Assembly: GCA_033442325.1 (NCBI GenBank)
Contig: JAWQFM010000011.1
Location: 207,131 to 271,130, forward strand
Length of the DNA: 64,000 nucleotides
Source of the DNA: Salpingoeca rosetta
Taxonomy: Eukaryota > Protista > Choanoflagellata
Direction of reading: 5' to 3'
The translations under genes were made by a program, and so were the position numbers. The notes beneath the pieces are model-generated. The model was not told the origin of the DNA. It worked only from the letters and a program-made list of their open reading frames with translations, and searched no databases. Below are positions 21,982 through 49,692 of the stretch, one piece after another (position 1 is the stretch's first letter; each line of letters starts with the position of its first letter).

Positions 21982-23566
21982 CAGACACACACACACAGAC
22001 ACAGACACACAAACACAGGCAGACAGACACACCATCTTACACACAACGTATACAACGCACACGGACCTGAGCGAGCGTCTCAACGTCTGCATTTGGGAGC
22101 AGCGTCCCTGTGGGGTTGTTTGGTGACGCCAAGAACGCAATCTTGGCCTAGAAGCGAGGTGACAGCCAACGTGTTGTTGTTGAGTGAGCTCAAGCACGCA
22201 ACAACAAACTCGCACACATGCACACACGAATGCACACGCAGATACAAAAACAAACACTTCACGGGAACGCGAGCGTGCGGTTGTGTGCATGTGTTCAGAG
22301 GACGTACGCCGTTGTCGCGAATGGCCTGACGAACAGCATCGACATCGACAGTAAAGTCATCATTGCGGGGAACGTTGATCACGTCCACATTCGCAACGCT
22401 GCCAAGGAAGCTGCACAGTGCAATCACAGGCCACGACGTGAGCGGTGATGGGACGGTGAGCGGTGCAGGGGACGATGAAGGGTGCATAAGAATGACACTT
22501 ACGCACACACACACACGCACACGCACGCACGCACGCACGCACGCAAAAAAAAAAATACAGACACACAGATACACACAGATACACACACCAGCACACACAC
22601 GCGCGCACACACACACACCGTACCTGTACATGCCAAAAGTGGGCGTGCTGGTGACAATGGCCTTGGGATTGACCATGCGAATGATAATGTCAAGGAGATC
22701 ATCAGAGCCCGCACCGCAGCACACGTTTTCCGGAGTCACGCCTGCGTATGATTGGTTGTTTTGGTCAAGGGTGGCTGGGTGTCAGGGGATTGCAAAGGGC
22801 GAAAAGATGAAACGTGCGCGAAGTGAGATGACCAACGAACGTCACTAATTGCGCAAACGCAAGTGTGGCCGTCGACTCACCCATCAAGCCGGCGACTGCC
22901 TTACGCAGCTTGACTTGTGAAGGGTCCGGGTACACATGGTGCTGCACCTGCAACGCATGAGCACAGTATCCACCCCTGAGCACACAAAATGCAAACAGAC
23001 ACACAGACAACGCAAACTCACACAAACAAACACAACCACAGATAACACACATGTGTGCACAAAACAGCACACCTGAACAAAACCCACAACGTAAGCAAAC
23101 ACACACACGGACACAAGCACACATATACAACACACACACGCAAGCAAGCAAGCAAACACACACACACACACGCACACACGAGGTAACACTGCTGCACCTT
23201 TGTGATGGCATCAAGAACTTGCTGTGGTGCGCCGTACACGTTCTCGTTGGCGTTGAGCTGTGATCCGCACGTGTACAACATACCACAAGCACACCACAAG
23301 TACACCGGCAAGCACACCGGCAAGCACACCGAAACACCACCAGTGTGTGAGCCCTGTGATACAATGCAATCAGCCAATGCATCACACAAATCGCGCCACT
23401 CCATCCAAAGGCATGCTCACACGCCAAAACGTGCCTTGACGAGCTTCTCGACGGGAAGGCCGACCTCCTTGGCAATGGCTTCCACGGTCTCGACGCCCTT
23501 GTATGTGGCCTTGGCCAGGTGTGGCGCCACGAACCGGGTGATATCGCTCACGTTGTTGCTGCTCAT
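20267..23566 (-). CDS. hisC: Histidinol-phosphate aminotransferase (PLP class I/II)
   Basis: VKLNANENVYG, YPDP, GAGSDDLLDIIIR, PTFGMY, LASPNNPTG, IVDEAYADF, RTMSKWAGLAGLRLGF (PLP lysine), KQPYNV, PSSANF, FIRISAG. Confidence 0.93.
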
Positions 23567-23840
23567 CGCTGCGATACACGCACAACTTGATGGTGGGCCG
23601 GTGGTGAGGTGAGGTGAGGTGAGGTGAGGTGAGGTGAGGCTGCCTTGAACTGGGTGCTTTGCTTGTTATGATGGCTGGAGGATGACGACAGAAAGTGCGC
23701 AACAACAAAAGCCAGCAAGCAAGCAGCGGACACTGCAAGTCTTGGCGATCATAGGGTGATATGCCAGAATTTCAGCACACACGCTGCACGCTGCGTGTTG
23801 CAGCCAATTTGCTGTTGTTTGTTGTTGTTGTTTAAGTTAG

Positions 23841-23889
<49 letters not shown>

Positions 23890-24190
23890 ACAATGTAAGT
23901 TGTTGTTGTTTAAGTTGTTGTTGTTGTTGTTGTTGTTGTTGGGTATGCTCAGCAACACCACACCAAAAGACCAAAGGTAGGCTGTGTCTTTACTTGACGT
24001 GAGGCCACCACGCCATCATGCAACCTTCGTCAAGTGGTTTCAAAAACAAGCGAACTCATACACCACGCAAACGGAACAACGCACTGTGTAACTATTCACG
24101 ATCAAACAGAGCAAACAGAGCAAACAATACAATACAATATTCACGTAAGTCTACACTATGCACGACGCACACCAGCCTCCTAAGCTTGTC

Positions 24191-33542
<9,352 letters not shown>

Positions 33543-34299
33543 CTCCACAGGTGCAAGCTGCTGGTGATGTGAATAGAAATGAACTTTGTCTGCTGCTTGG
33601 TGCGACTGTCGCCGCCGTTGCGCTGGCCACTCAGCCGTGGTGTTGCTCAGTCTCCCGTCACCTCACGTGTAAGCGTGCGAGTCTCTCGCTCTCTGCCTTA
33701 CACTGAGTTACGTGGGCGATGCAGAAGCGCGAAGGCGCGAAGGCGTGGAGGTCAGGGATGCAGCATGCACCCGCGTGCAAGTCGTGCAGGGGGTCGAGAA
33801 GCGGAGCGCGTGTGTGTCTGGAGCAGGCAACAGGTCAACGTAACATGTGACGCGAAAGTGTGCACACACACACTCACGAACACAAACAAACACACGTGCA
33901 GCCGCAATTTCGCAACAATTTCGTGTTTGATGACGGCAAATGATGACGAATTTGGTGGTGCTGGTCCTTTGCTCGGGTGCTCTTGCTTGCAGGCACACCT
34001 GACGGAGATGTGAAAAATGAACATGGTCACTGCTCTCGCACCACTCCAAGCACCACACTCACATCACATCACACACGCGTTCAGTGACATGACGCATGGG
34101 TTGTTGACAGACATGGTTCTTGGTTGACCCACAACTGCAATTGACACGACTATATTTAGCCTGCTGTGACACATGTGACACATGACTTGCTCCATTCACT
34201 CCAACCTTCCCGAACGGGGACTTTGGCCACCTTCTCCCATGGAACCAACCAGTCTTCCGGACACGGACAAGACAGAAACGCACACACGCACACACGCAC

Positions 34300-34342
<43 letters not shown>

Positions 34343-34366
34343 CACACACACACGCATATTTTTTGA

Positions 34367-35131
34367 CTATCTATCGTCGCCCTTATCGTCCCTAGCTGCC
34401 GTCTTCGTCTTCTTCAGCTCATTCTCACCGCCATCATCGCTAGCTGCTATCTGCACGTGACCCTCCTCAATACCAACACCATCACCATCACCATCAGCAC
34501 CAACACCACCACCATCAACATCAACACCACCACTGCATGCTGGGTTGCCGCGGCGAACGAAGAGCCAGAGGGGGCGCTTCCACGTTGTCGTGCCCAGCTC
34601 CGCCACCAGCGCAAACCCAGCGCCCTCAATCTGCAATTTGATGGCGGGAAACAGCTTTGCACCACGCAGTGCCAGCCGGTCGATATACGGGGGCTGCTCT
34701 CCTTTGCCGCGACGCAGCCGTCTTGTGGTGGTGGTGATGATGGTGGTGGTGTGAGTGAGTGATGGAGTGAGTGATGAGTGAGTGAGTGAGACAGAGAGAC
34801 AGACAGAGAGAGCGTGTGAGTGTGAGAGACACAGAGACAGACAGAGAGAGCGCGTGAGTGTGTGCGTGTGTACGTAGGTGCGGGTTGAGCAAACGTCGAG
34901 CACGAGTGCCACAACGCAAAGCCAATGCGCCTGTCGCTCACCTTCGGCACGTCTTGTAACTTGGGCTCCGCTGAGGCTCTACAAGCAAGGCATCTGGCCC
35001 GATCACACACATGCATGAGGCAAGCAGCATGTAAGCACGCACATGTGTGCATATGGACACAAACACATGCTCTTCCACTTGTACATGCGTAGTTCCATAC
35101 ACACCCACACCCACACACACACCCACACACA

Positions 35132-35166
<35 letters not shown>

Positions 35167-36338
35167 GTGAGGTTGCACAGCGTTGAGAGGGTGCGCATGA
35201 ACTTGTCATCGCCGACGTTGACGTGAATCCACATTGTGACGGAGAACAGACACACAAGCGAAAACCGATCCCGCCCACGCGCGCGCAGAAACCTGAGCAC
35301 GTCATTATGGGGATGAGCGAGCAGTGGACTGAGGTGGAGTGAAGCGGGGCAAAGTGACACTGAGGTGGAAGAGACAGCGAGAGAAATAAAGCGCGCCAAC
35401 TTGATCACTATCACAGTGTAAGTTCAGCATTATTGTCGCCGACGTTTATCTGCAGCTGCAATGCCTCAAACATCACCATCACCTCCCCCCCAGCAACACG
35501 TCTCAACGCACCTTTCAGCTTCGACAGCAAGCGCGTCGTGCTCGCTTACATCCAGCACGCCAAACTCCAAGCTGCGTGGCGCGTCGGCTTCCACTTTCCC
35601 GCCTTGCTGCTGTATCCTCGCACTGTTCCCCGAAAGGAAGCTGGCACGCGCTGTCTCCACCAGCCGAGGATCCACATCACACCCGAAGCAGTGAACTTGT
35701 CGCTGTTGGTAAGAGAGGAACACAAGGGAACATGAGATCACACGTGGCATACAAGCAAAAGTGGGAGTTGAGTGCAGGAGCGCGGAAAGAATACACGTAC
35801 GAGACCACACTAGCTGCTTTGCTTCCGCTCGATGACACGATGCATGTACAGCATGGTTGGTGGTGATCGCACCTTTGTTTGTGACGCCAGTAAGCGCTGC
35901 AGTTCAACCGTCAGCTCCTGTCAAATGAAAACCGCAAGACACAGCATGTGTGTGAGTGAGTCGGGCATGGTTTCCAAGACACACACATGTGTGCGAGTGT
36001 GAGTGAGTGAGTGAGTGAGTGAGTGCGAGTGTGGGTGTGGGTGTGCAGGTATGTTTGCGGACAAGCCCTTGAATCGAATGCAACGCGTGGCGCAGCACAC
36101 ACCAACCCCGGTGTTGCAGCCGATGTCCAGGAGGCAGAATGGCACATCGTCCTTCACGCCATTGTCCACGCTCAGGATGGTTGAGACCACATGCGCCGAA
36201 TCGAGCTTGTTCAGTCGCTCATCCACTGGGTTGAACTGATAGTAGCTGACGGAACAAAAGCGGCACGTGGCATTTGAGTGTGAGCGGGGTGTGTGTGAGC
36301 GGTGCGTGTGGGTGTGTGTGCGTGGGTGTGAAGCCTCG

Positions 36339-36435
<97 letters not shown>

Positions 36436-36564
36436 CACACACACACGCACACATACCACATACCACACACACGGACATGTGCTGACCTACAAGGGAAAGT
36501 TGCCAAGCGTCTTGGCGCCCGGGTCAGACGACTGCTCCTGCTCCTGCTCCTCCGCCATCGTCAT
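34367..36564 (-). CDS. BCDIN3D: BCDIN3D-type (Bin3 family) RNA 5'-monophosphate methyltransferase
   Basis: PGAKTLGNFP, YYQFNPVDERL, LLDIGCNTG/ELTVEL, FGCDVDPRLV, LFSVTMWIHVNVGD, LLVEPQ..SY, ELGTTTWKRPLWLF match the BCDIN3D motif order. Confidence 0.88.
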
Positions 36565-36607
36565 CACCACGAGCGATGAGTGCTTGGCCAGTCCTGAAGT
36601 TGGGACG

Positions 36608-36630
36608 ATTTGTGGATAATTTCCACAAAT
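36608..36630. promoter_or_regulatory. Perfect 9-bp inverted repeat ATTTGTGGA-TAATT-TCCACAAAT in a ~137-bp divergent intergenic region
   Basis: The repeat is read directly between the BCDIN3D start (36564, -) and the 7TM-SNARE start (36702, +). A regulatory role is inferred. Confidence 0.4.
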
Positions 36631-36701
36631 AATCTGCGTCCGGTGGGCGTGCACAACAACTCGCCAACAACCAACCAACCAACCAACAACAACTTGCCAG
36701 G

Positions 36702-41657
<4,956 letters not shown>

Positions 41658-41877
41658 CCTGCAGTTGTGTTTTGTGTGTTGCTCTGTGTATGAGCGCTTG
41701 TGTGGATTGTGTGCATTGCTTGCATGAACGAGAGTGTTGTGTGTATTACTTGCATGAATGTATGAATGGGGTGTATGCGGGTGTGTTGCGTGTATTTTTC
41801 CTGCGTCCAAGTACGTCTGTGAGCGCTGTTGCCTTTTGTATTACGTTCGCCATACCGTGCTGAAACGCATGTAACTG

Positions 41878-42005
<128 letters not shown>

Positions 42006-42542
42006 GGTTGGGAAGAGGGGTTATGTAACGAAAATGCTGACATAAAGTGAACAACGATGCTTCTGTCAGCCGTGACATGCACACGCACATGTAACAAGTG
42101 TCATCATTTGCCCCCTCGATCCTGGTTACTTGGTTGCTAACTTGCCTCCAACAATGTTTTCTGCGTTATCGGCATCCAACCTTCTCAACCAAGCATGTGT
42201 TGATATGTATTTGGGGAAGGGACACACACACACACAACACACACACACACACACACACAACACAACAATCAATGAAGACATGCAAGAGAGACGTGTGTCA
42301 GAGATGTCAAGGGCAATGAAATTACTAAAGGAGACAGGGAAGGCTGCTTGGGAACGTGTGGAACAGGCCACAATGATTGACTCATGGACACACACACACA
42401 CACACACACACACCCATACAAAAATGCGTATGTAACGTAAACAGCGTGCACACACACACACACACACACCGAAAAGACACGAAAGGGAGGGGGAGAAGTG
42501 CAGTGCTTCTAAGGTTGTGGGGGACACGGGTGGGCCGTCACT

Positions 42543-42646
42543 CTAGTGGCAGGCGTCGGTGTCTACCGTGAATCCAAGGTAGTTGAGGTGGTCCGAGATG
42601 GAAATGTCGACGTTAAACTGATCAGAGCAGTCGGGGTCCTCGCCTG

Positions 42647-42716
<70 letters not shown>

Positions 42717-43536
42717 TGTGTGTGTGTGTGAGAGAGAGAGTGTGTGTGTGTGTGTTTCACTGTGAAGGATGGCAAGCAGGTAAACAAGGCAAGCATGTTT
42801 GACTGCAAAGCACCCCCAAGTGCAAGCGCATGTGTTCAGCAGACCTGAGCCGTTGCACTCGTGCAGGCTCTCTGGGCCAGAAAACTGCTCCTTGTAGAAC
42901 ACCTCCGTGGCAATATGGTGGAAACCCATCGCCCTGGTCGCAGCGAGGACGAGACGAAGATGACGATGGTGGCAAGCAAAGGGCATACGTGATTGTTAAC
43001 ATATGTGTGTGTGTGTGTTGGGGGGGTTGCACTGGCGAAAAGCTCATCAGAGAGCAAGACAGAGAGGAAGACATGCACACACACGTACACACAGGTACAC
43101 ACAGGTACACACAGGTACACACAGGTACACACACACACACACACACGTGTGCACACGAACATGCGAACAACAAACAAACAAACAAACAAACAAACAAACA
43201 AACAAACAAACAAACAAACAAACAAACAAACAAACAAACAAACAAACAAACAAACAAACAGACAGACAAACAAACATAAGCCCATGATGAACGCACTCGA
43301 GCGGGAGGTGGGGCACAATGTCGCGGTTGTGGACGAAACGGAACGAGGCCTTGATGGACGACTGCTTGAAAAAGTCGTAGAAGGGGGCGTTGCCGACACG
43401 GGGCTGCCCAAAGGTGTAGTGGTAGATGGACGCAGATGGGAACTGGATGCTCAGGTCCAGCGAGCACATGGCAGCAAGCGCAGCGCCAAGGCTGACGGGG
43501 GCAAGGGTGGCGTGTTGTTGGGGGGGGGGAGTGTGC

Positions 43537-43571
<35 letters not shown>

Positions 43572-43703
43572 TGTGTGTGTGTGTGTGCGCGCGCGCGTGT
43601 GTGCGTGTGTGAGAATGTGGGCGAGTGAGTGATGACATCACATCGAAAACGGAGGTGAATCAGGGTCGCTGCGACAACAGGCTCGGGCAAACCGAAAGCA
43701 GTG

Positions 43704-43748
<45 letters not shown>

Positions 43749-44586
43749 TAAGATTGCTTGCCCCTCCCTCCTGCTGACCTGTGGCCTGTGACGAGGATGC
43801 GGTAGTTGGGGTTCTGCCTGAACGTGCTCTCAACAAAGCGGTCGACGGTGCCTTTCACCTCCTGGTACGCCTCGTAGAAGCCTGTCAACCACCATCGTGA
43901 GTGTGTGTGCGGGGAGGGCATCAGCAACAAGAACACGTTGACGCAAGAGCAGGGCAAACCACCATGCACACGCACGCACAAGGAGCAGCGAAACGTGGTC
44001 ATTTGAACGACACGCACACACACACGCACAAACACACACACGCACACACACACACAAAAATACCTCTGTGAACCTTGACGTCCGAGCCGGCGCCAGGGTA
44101 GTGCAGGTCTGTCTTCATGAACTTCAGGTCATCAATCCACTGCTTCAGGTTGTGCGTGCCTTTGTTGATGGGGACGGCGTTAAGGAAGAGGAGAGGAGGG
44201 TAGCATGGATTGGGTGAGTATACAGAAGGGTGCGTCAAACAGAATCGTTGGGCAGGTGACATCTCCCACGTATGCAAGTGACATGTCGCAGGCAAGATGG
44301 GCATGGCAGCGGACCTTGGAACGCAACGACAATGTACTTGTTGACGGAATCCAGACCGACATAGCCGTACGTGGACGTCTTCTTGGCATAGAACACGTTG
44401 ATGTCCTGCGACGAAGATGGGTGCGTGTACGCGTAAGGTGTCATACGCGAAAGGCATACGGTTGGCTAACGGCTTGAACGGCAAAACGAAAGCGCACGAG
44501 CTTGCAAACAAACACAGACACAGACAGACAGACAGACAGACACAGACACACACGCACACACACACACAGACACACACACAGATACG

Positions 44587-44620
<34 letters not shown>

Positions 44621-44985
44621 CACACGCACATACACACACGCACATACACACCCACAAACACAATAAAGAAACACAAACAAACACAAAACGAACGCACCGA
44701 GAGCGCTGGAAGGCCAGCGCCGTGGCAGGGCTTGCAGGACCAGTCCTTGACGGTGGAGTTGGAGCAGTATGCGGCCGCAGAGTATTGCACACCGCGAAGG
44801 CTGATCTCGTAGTCGAAGGAGTACAGGTGAGGCGCGGGCGCACGAACGCCAACCTCACGATGCAAGCGCATCGTCTTGAGTGGCGGCGTGGCAGCCTCTG
44901 GCACAAAGCGCGTGTTCATTGGAATGGGCTTTGCGCTCGCGCCCAGCACTGCACACAGCAGCACAACAGCGGCACCGACGATCAT
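42543..44985 (-). CDS. Secreted class 3 lipase
   Basis: Signal peptide MIVGAAVVLLCAVLGASA. Motifs YSAAAYC, IVVAFQGT, VHRGFYEAY, VTGH/SLGAALA (GxSxG), YTFGQPRVGN, VHNRDIVPHLP, HIATEVFY, SDHLNYLG. Confidence 0.93.
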
Positions 44986-45354
44986 TCTCGCAGGCTGATT
45001 GAGAAAGAGGTGGTGGTGAAGGTGGGCGATGGGCTGGGATAGGAAAGTGTGACACACAAGGCGACGACGATACACAAGGGTGGGTGGTTGGTTGGTTGGT
45101 CTCCTCCAAACAACAAACAACGCTGCCAAACACAAACAAAATGGAGGGTGTCGAAGTTTATTGGAAGCTGGACGCGAAAATTCGGCAACCCACGCGGTCA
45201 GGCGAAAGAGCAAGCAACGTGGGTGGCGCTTGTTGTTGGTGCAGGCAGAAAGGATCAACGAGGGGGAAGGACAGAGACACGGGGTTTGGAACTTGGCTGC
45301 GGGGCGGGGGGGATGATGGGATGGAAGTGGTGTGGAGGTGTGGGGATGTGGTGC

Positions 45355-45533
45355 TCATGCACCGAGGGTGAAGACGCTGCAATTGATGATGATAGTGATG
45401 GTGTGATGATGGCGTGAGAGAGAGAGAGTGTGTGCAAGCGCGTGTGTGCAAGCGCGCGCATGTGGCCAGACTCGCGCAGCTGTAGCCTTATGCATGCCAC
45501 ACACACACATACACACACGTACACGTACACACA

Positions 45534-45583
<50 letters not shown>

Positions 45584-46016
45584 TGACATTGCAAACGCAG
45601 ACAACCGCAGAAGGACTCACTCTGCCAGTGTCGGCCTTGGCGCGGGACCAGTGTTGAGACCTGTTGTGCGCAAAGCAAGCAACAAAGTAACATGTCAGCA
45701 AGACAGAATGGGCGGTGGTCCGGGACCAAACAACACACACTCACGTCGACAAGCACATGCACGCACGCACACCATATGCACACCCATACGTACACACATT
45801 TGCTCGTTTGGGACAGAGACCGCAAGAAAACAGCAGACCCAAAAGCAAGCAAGCACTGCCCACTCAACAACTACTTCAACCACAGACGCACTCACGCACA
45901 CGCACAGTAACGTCGCACTGACCAAAGTAGATGAGGGCAGGGATGTAGGTCCACTTGAACACGGTCTTGGCCACCTCGATGGCGGCTTGCACCTTCTCTG
46001 CTGTCTTGGGCTCCAT
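45355..46016 (-). CDS. TOM7: Mitochondrial import receptor subunit TOM7 (3 exons, ~51 aa)
   Basis: Spliced product MEPKTAEKVQAAIEVAKTVFKWTYIPALIYFGLNTGPAPRPTLADVFTLGA matches the Tom7 W-x-Y/F-IP-x-x-IY-x-G signature. Exon phases are consistent. Confidence 0.85.
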
Positions 46017-46243
46017 TATTGTGGTTGTGTTTCTTGTGCTTGCTTGTTGCTTGTGTGTTTCTTGAGAGGGGCGAAAAAGTGCTGACAGTGAAGAAGAAGC
46101 AAAGAAGAGGAGAGGAAAAAAGCGCACAAATCAAACACACACACACGAACAACCCAAACAAGCAAGACAAGACAGGCAAGACAGGCAAGGCAAGACAAGA
46201 CGACGGAGAAGCAGGAAGCAGTCAGCTCGACAGCAGCAAGAGG

Positions 46244-48139
46244 ATGGAAGGAGGCGATGACCTTGTGCAGGTGGTGCGCGGGCTCGGGTTCACCGAGGAG
46301 CAGTGCCTGCGAGCCATTGCTGCGGGCTCGCAGACCCCGGAGAGCGTCGTCGACTGGTGAGAGAGAACAGGGTCATTCGCGGCTGGACAAGGGGGTATCT
46401 TCTGCGATCGCGGGTGGTTACAATGCGTTGATCGATCGATCAATCGATCGACCAGTCGACTTGTGTGGCCAACCCTGTCGGTGCTGTCGGTGTGATGCTG
46501 TGTGATGTGACATGGCGGCGTGTTTGCATGCTGTAAGTGGTTGTTCAACCCCTTCTTCTTGTTGCTCATATATTCCAAGACCACGGCCACGAATCATCCA
46601 CATCACATGACCCCTCGCCCTTGTTTGCGGTGCAGGATTGTGAGGGAGCAGAGCAGACAGGAGCAAGAACCAGCAGACAAATCGACGGGCGGCAGCAGCA
46701 GTGGCGGCAGTGCGCCTGTGCTCAAGCTTGGTCAAGGACCACAGGGGCACAACCAGCAGCCACAACAACAACAAGGGCAGCAGAAGCAACCACAGAAGCG
46801 CCCAACGCCGTCATCCACCGCTGCCTCACAGGTGTGATACCGAAACAGGGTGCTGTGCATGTCTTGATGTTGCACACGTTGCTGAACCATGCGTTTGGTG
46901 TTGAGCACGCTGGCCTTCCATGCGCTGGTGCCCGTGTGCCTCCCTCATACGCACACGCACGCATACCCGCACCGACGCTTCTGCAATGCTGGCTTGGTTG
47001 CAGGCACCTGCTGTGGTGAGCAATGCGTTTGTGAATGAGGAGCAGCGACAGGCCAAGCTCGCTTTTGAGCAGAAGCAGATGCAGCGGCTGCGACAAGACG
47101 TCCTCAAGGAAAAGCGACGCAAAATCGAGGTGCGTGCGTGTGCGTGTGTGTGTGTGTGTGTCTGCGTGTGTGTGTGTCTGCGTGTGTGTGTGTGTGTGTC
47201 TGCGTGTGTGTGTGTGCGTGCGTGTGTGTGCGTGCGTGTGTGTGCGTGTGTGTGTGCGTGTGTGTGTGTGTGTTTGCAATGGCATGGTTGCATCTGCACG
47301 TCTGTTTTGTTTAGTCTTGCCGAGCAACAGTGAGCTTGACCATTCCACCCACACAGCAACCTCACTTCTTCACTCTTGCGCACATGGGCTGTGACGTTCA
47401 TCCAACTGCGCCCTCATTTCCTGCAACCAGGAGGCCAAGCGAGTGCGGCGGCAGATCGAACAGGACCGGCGGGAGCTGCAGGAGAAGCGAAGACTGGAGC
47501 GTGGCCAGGCATCACAGGCACAGCCACAGCCACAGCCACAGGCACAGGCACAGCCACAGGCACAGCCACAGCCACAGCCACAGCCACAGCCACAGCCACA
47601 GCCACAGCCACAGCCACAAGGAGCAGAACCTCAGACTCAGGCATCGCCACCAGCATCAACACCACCAGCGTCGTACGTGATCCAGGTGCGGCTGCCGAAC
47701 GGACGGCCGGAGCGACTTGAGCTGCCGTCGTCATCGCTGCTGCGGGCCGTGTTTGACGCCATTGCCACCAGGCGCGGCCTCGCTCCCGGCTCTTTCGCCC
47801 TCATCCTCAACCATCCAAAAAAGGTGTTTGTGTACGTGTGTGTGTGTCTGTGTGTGTGTGTGTGTGCGTGTGTGTGTCTGTGTGTGTGTGTGTGCATCTG
47901 TACACGCATGGTGGGTTCCATTCGCCTTTCTTCCTTTCTTCAACACTTCTTCATCCTTTCATCTGACCGCTGCCCGTGCGTTCATCTGCTTGAATGCACA
48001 GGAGCTGACGTTCGACATGGCGTCATCGCCCCTCTCCACCCTCAACCTCCCACCGCGATGTCTGCTGCACTGCCGCAAGACAGCAACACCAACACCAACA
48101 CCAACAGCTTCCAGCGCCCAAGCACCCACACGGCAGCAA

Positions 48140-48174
<35 letters not shown>

Positions 48175-49626
48175 CGATGATGATGCAAGTCACGACAATG
48201 CCCCCAGCGTCACTTCTCCCCGCCAAGAACACGGCGTGCAGCAGGAGCAGGACGAATACGGTCTGCCGCGTGCGTTTGTTGGCGGACGCGGTGGAAAGCG
48301 GCATGGTCGTGTTCGCTCAAGGCATCGTGGCCATCGCTTGGGCGGCGCTGATGGCGACAGAGACGAGGATCAACACCCCCAACAGCAGCAGCAACAGCTG
48401 CACGCGGTACAGCGCATGCACGCACGCCGCCCCGCGCGCGGTGGTGGTGGTATTCGCGGACAGCAACACGGGGGAGCGCTCGGCAGCGGCAGTGGTAGGC
48501 GGCTTGGGGGACACGCAGCCAGGCATGATGATGATGATGATCGCGATGAAGAGGAGGAGGGGAACGATGGCGGTGGACGTCATGGTGGTGGTGGTGGTGG
48601 TGGTGGTGGTGGTGGTAGGGATGTCGATGATGACATTGACATTGACCACAACCACAACGATGGCGACGATGGCACTGCCACTCCGCTCACCGACGCTGAT
48701 CGTGAGCGCATTCAGCAGGGTCAAGACATGCTGGGCAGGCTCTTTGGCATGCCGGAGTTCTTTGAGGGGATGGGGCTCCCCCGGCACCACGCGGCGCGCG
48801 GGCGTGGCTGGGGCGGTGGTCATCGTCACTGGATGGAGGGAGGGCAGCGCTTGGGCGGGCGACGAACAGAGGAACAACAGCAGCAACAAGGAGAGGGGCG
48901 AGGGCGGCAAGCGCCAGTACAGCGCCAGCGCGGTCGTTTTGATGACGCAATGGGCGTGCAGTACTTTGACGATCATGACGATGATGACGATGGCATTGAC
49001 CGGTGGATGATGGGGCGGCCGGGGCCCTGGCGACGCGCAGGCCTTGGTCGCGGACACGTGCTTGGTGGTCGTGGTGTTGGCGGTGGCGGCGGCGGCGGTG
49101 GTGGTGGTGGTGGCGATGACAGCGATGATGACGATGTGGGCAGTGGGAGGCGCGGCGATGATGATAATGATGATGAGCAGATGTCGCAGCGTGAACGCCT
49201 GGAGCGGCTTCGACAGCAGCGACGAAGGATGCTGGAAACGCGTCAGCAGCAACTCCAAGAGCAGCAGCAGCAACACGAACATGGAGAGGGGGAAGGGGCA
49301 CACCACCACAGCCACCGCCACCGCGGCAGTAGGCCACGCAAGCGCACGCCTTCGCTGCAGTCCATGTGCGTGGATCAGATTGCATCACGTCTGTATGCCT
49401 CGGACCGCCCCATTCTCACGCTGACGCTGCCGGAGACGCTTGCACGCGAAGTGATGACGGCCGCAGCTGAGAAAGAGACACTCAACAGCAAGTCCATCAA
49501 AGCGTTTCGCTCGTGTGGCATCCAGCACCTCGCCTTCCGCTCCAGCGTCGTGGTCACAGACGCCTTTCTTCGCGTCCTCGGCACCCAGTTCCCAACCCTC
49601 TACGGTACGTGTGCGTATGTTGTTTG

Positions 49627-49692
<66 letters not shown>

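Noticed and set aside
36611-36619. TGTGGATAA, a perfect bacterial DnaA-box complement
   Set aside because: A single 9-mer in clearly eukaryotic, spliced DNA with no bacterial origin context; chance match.
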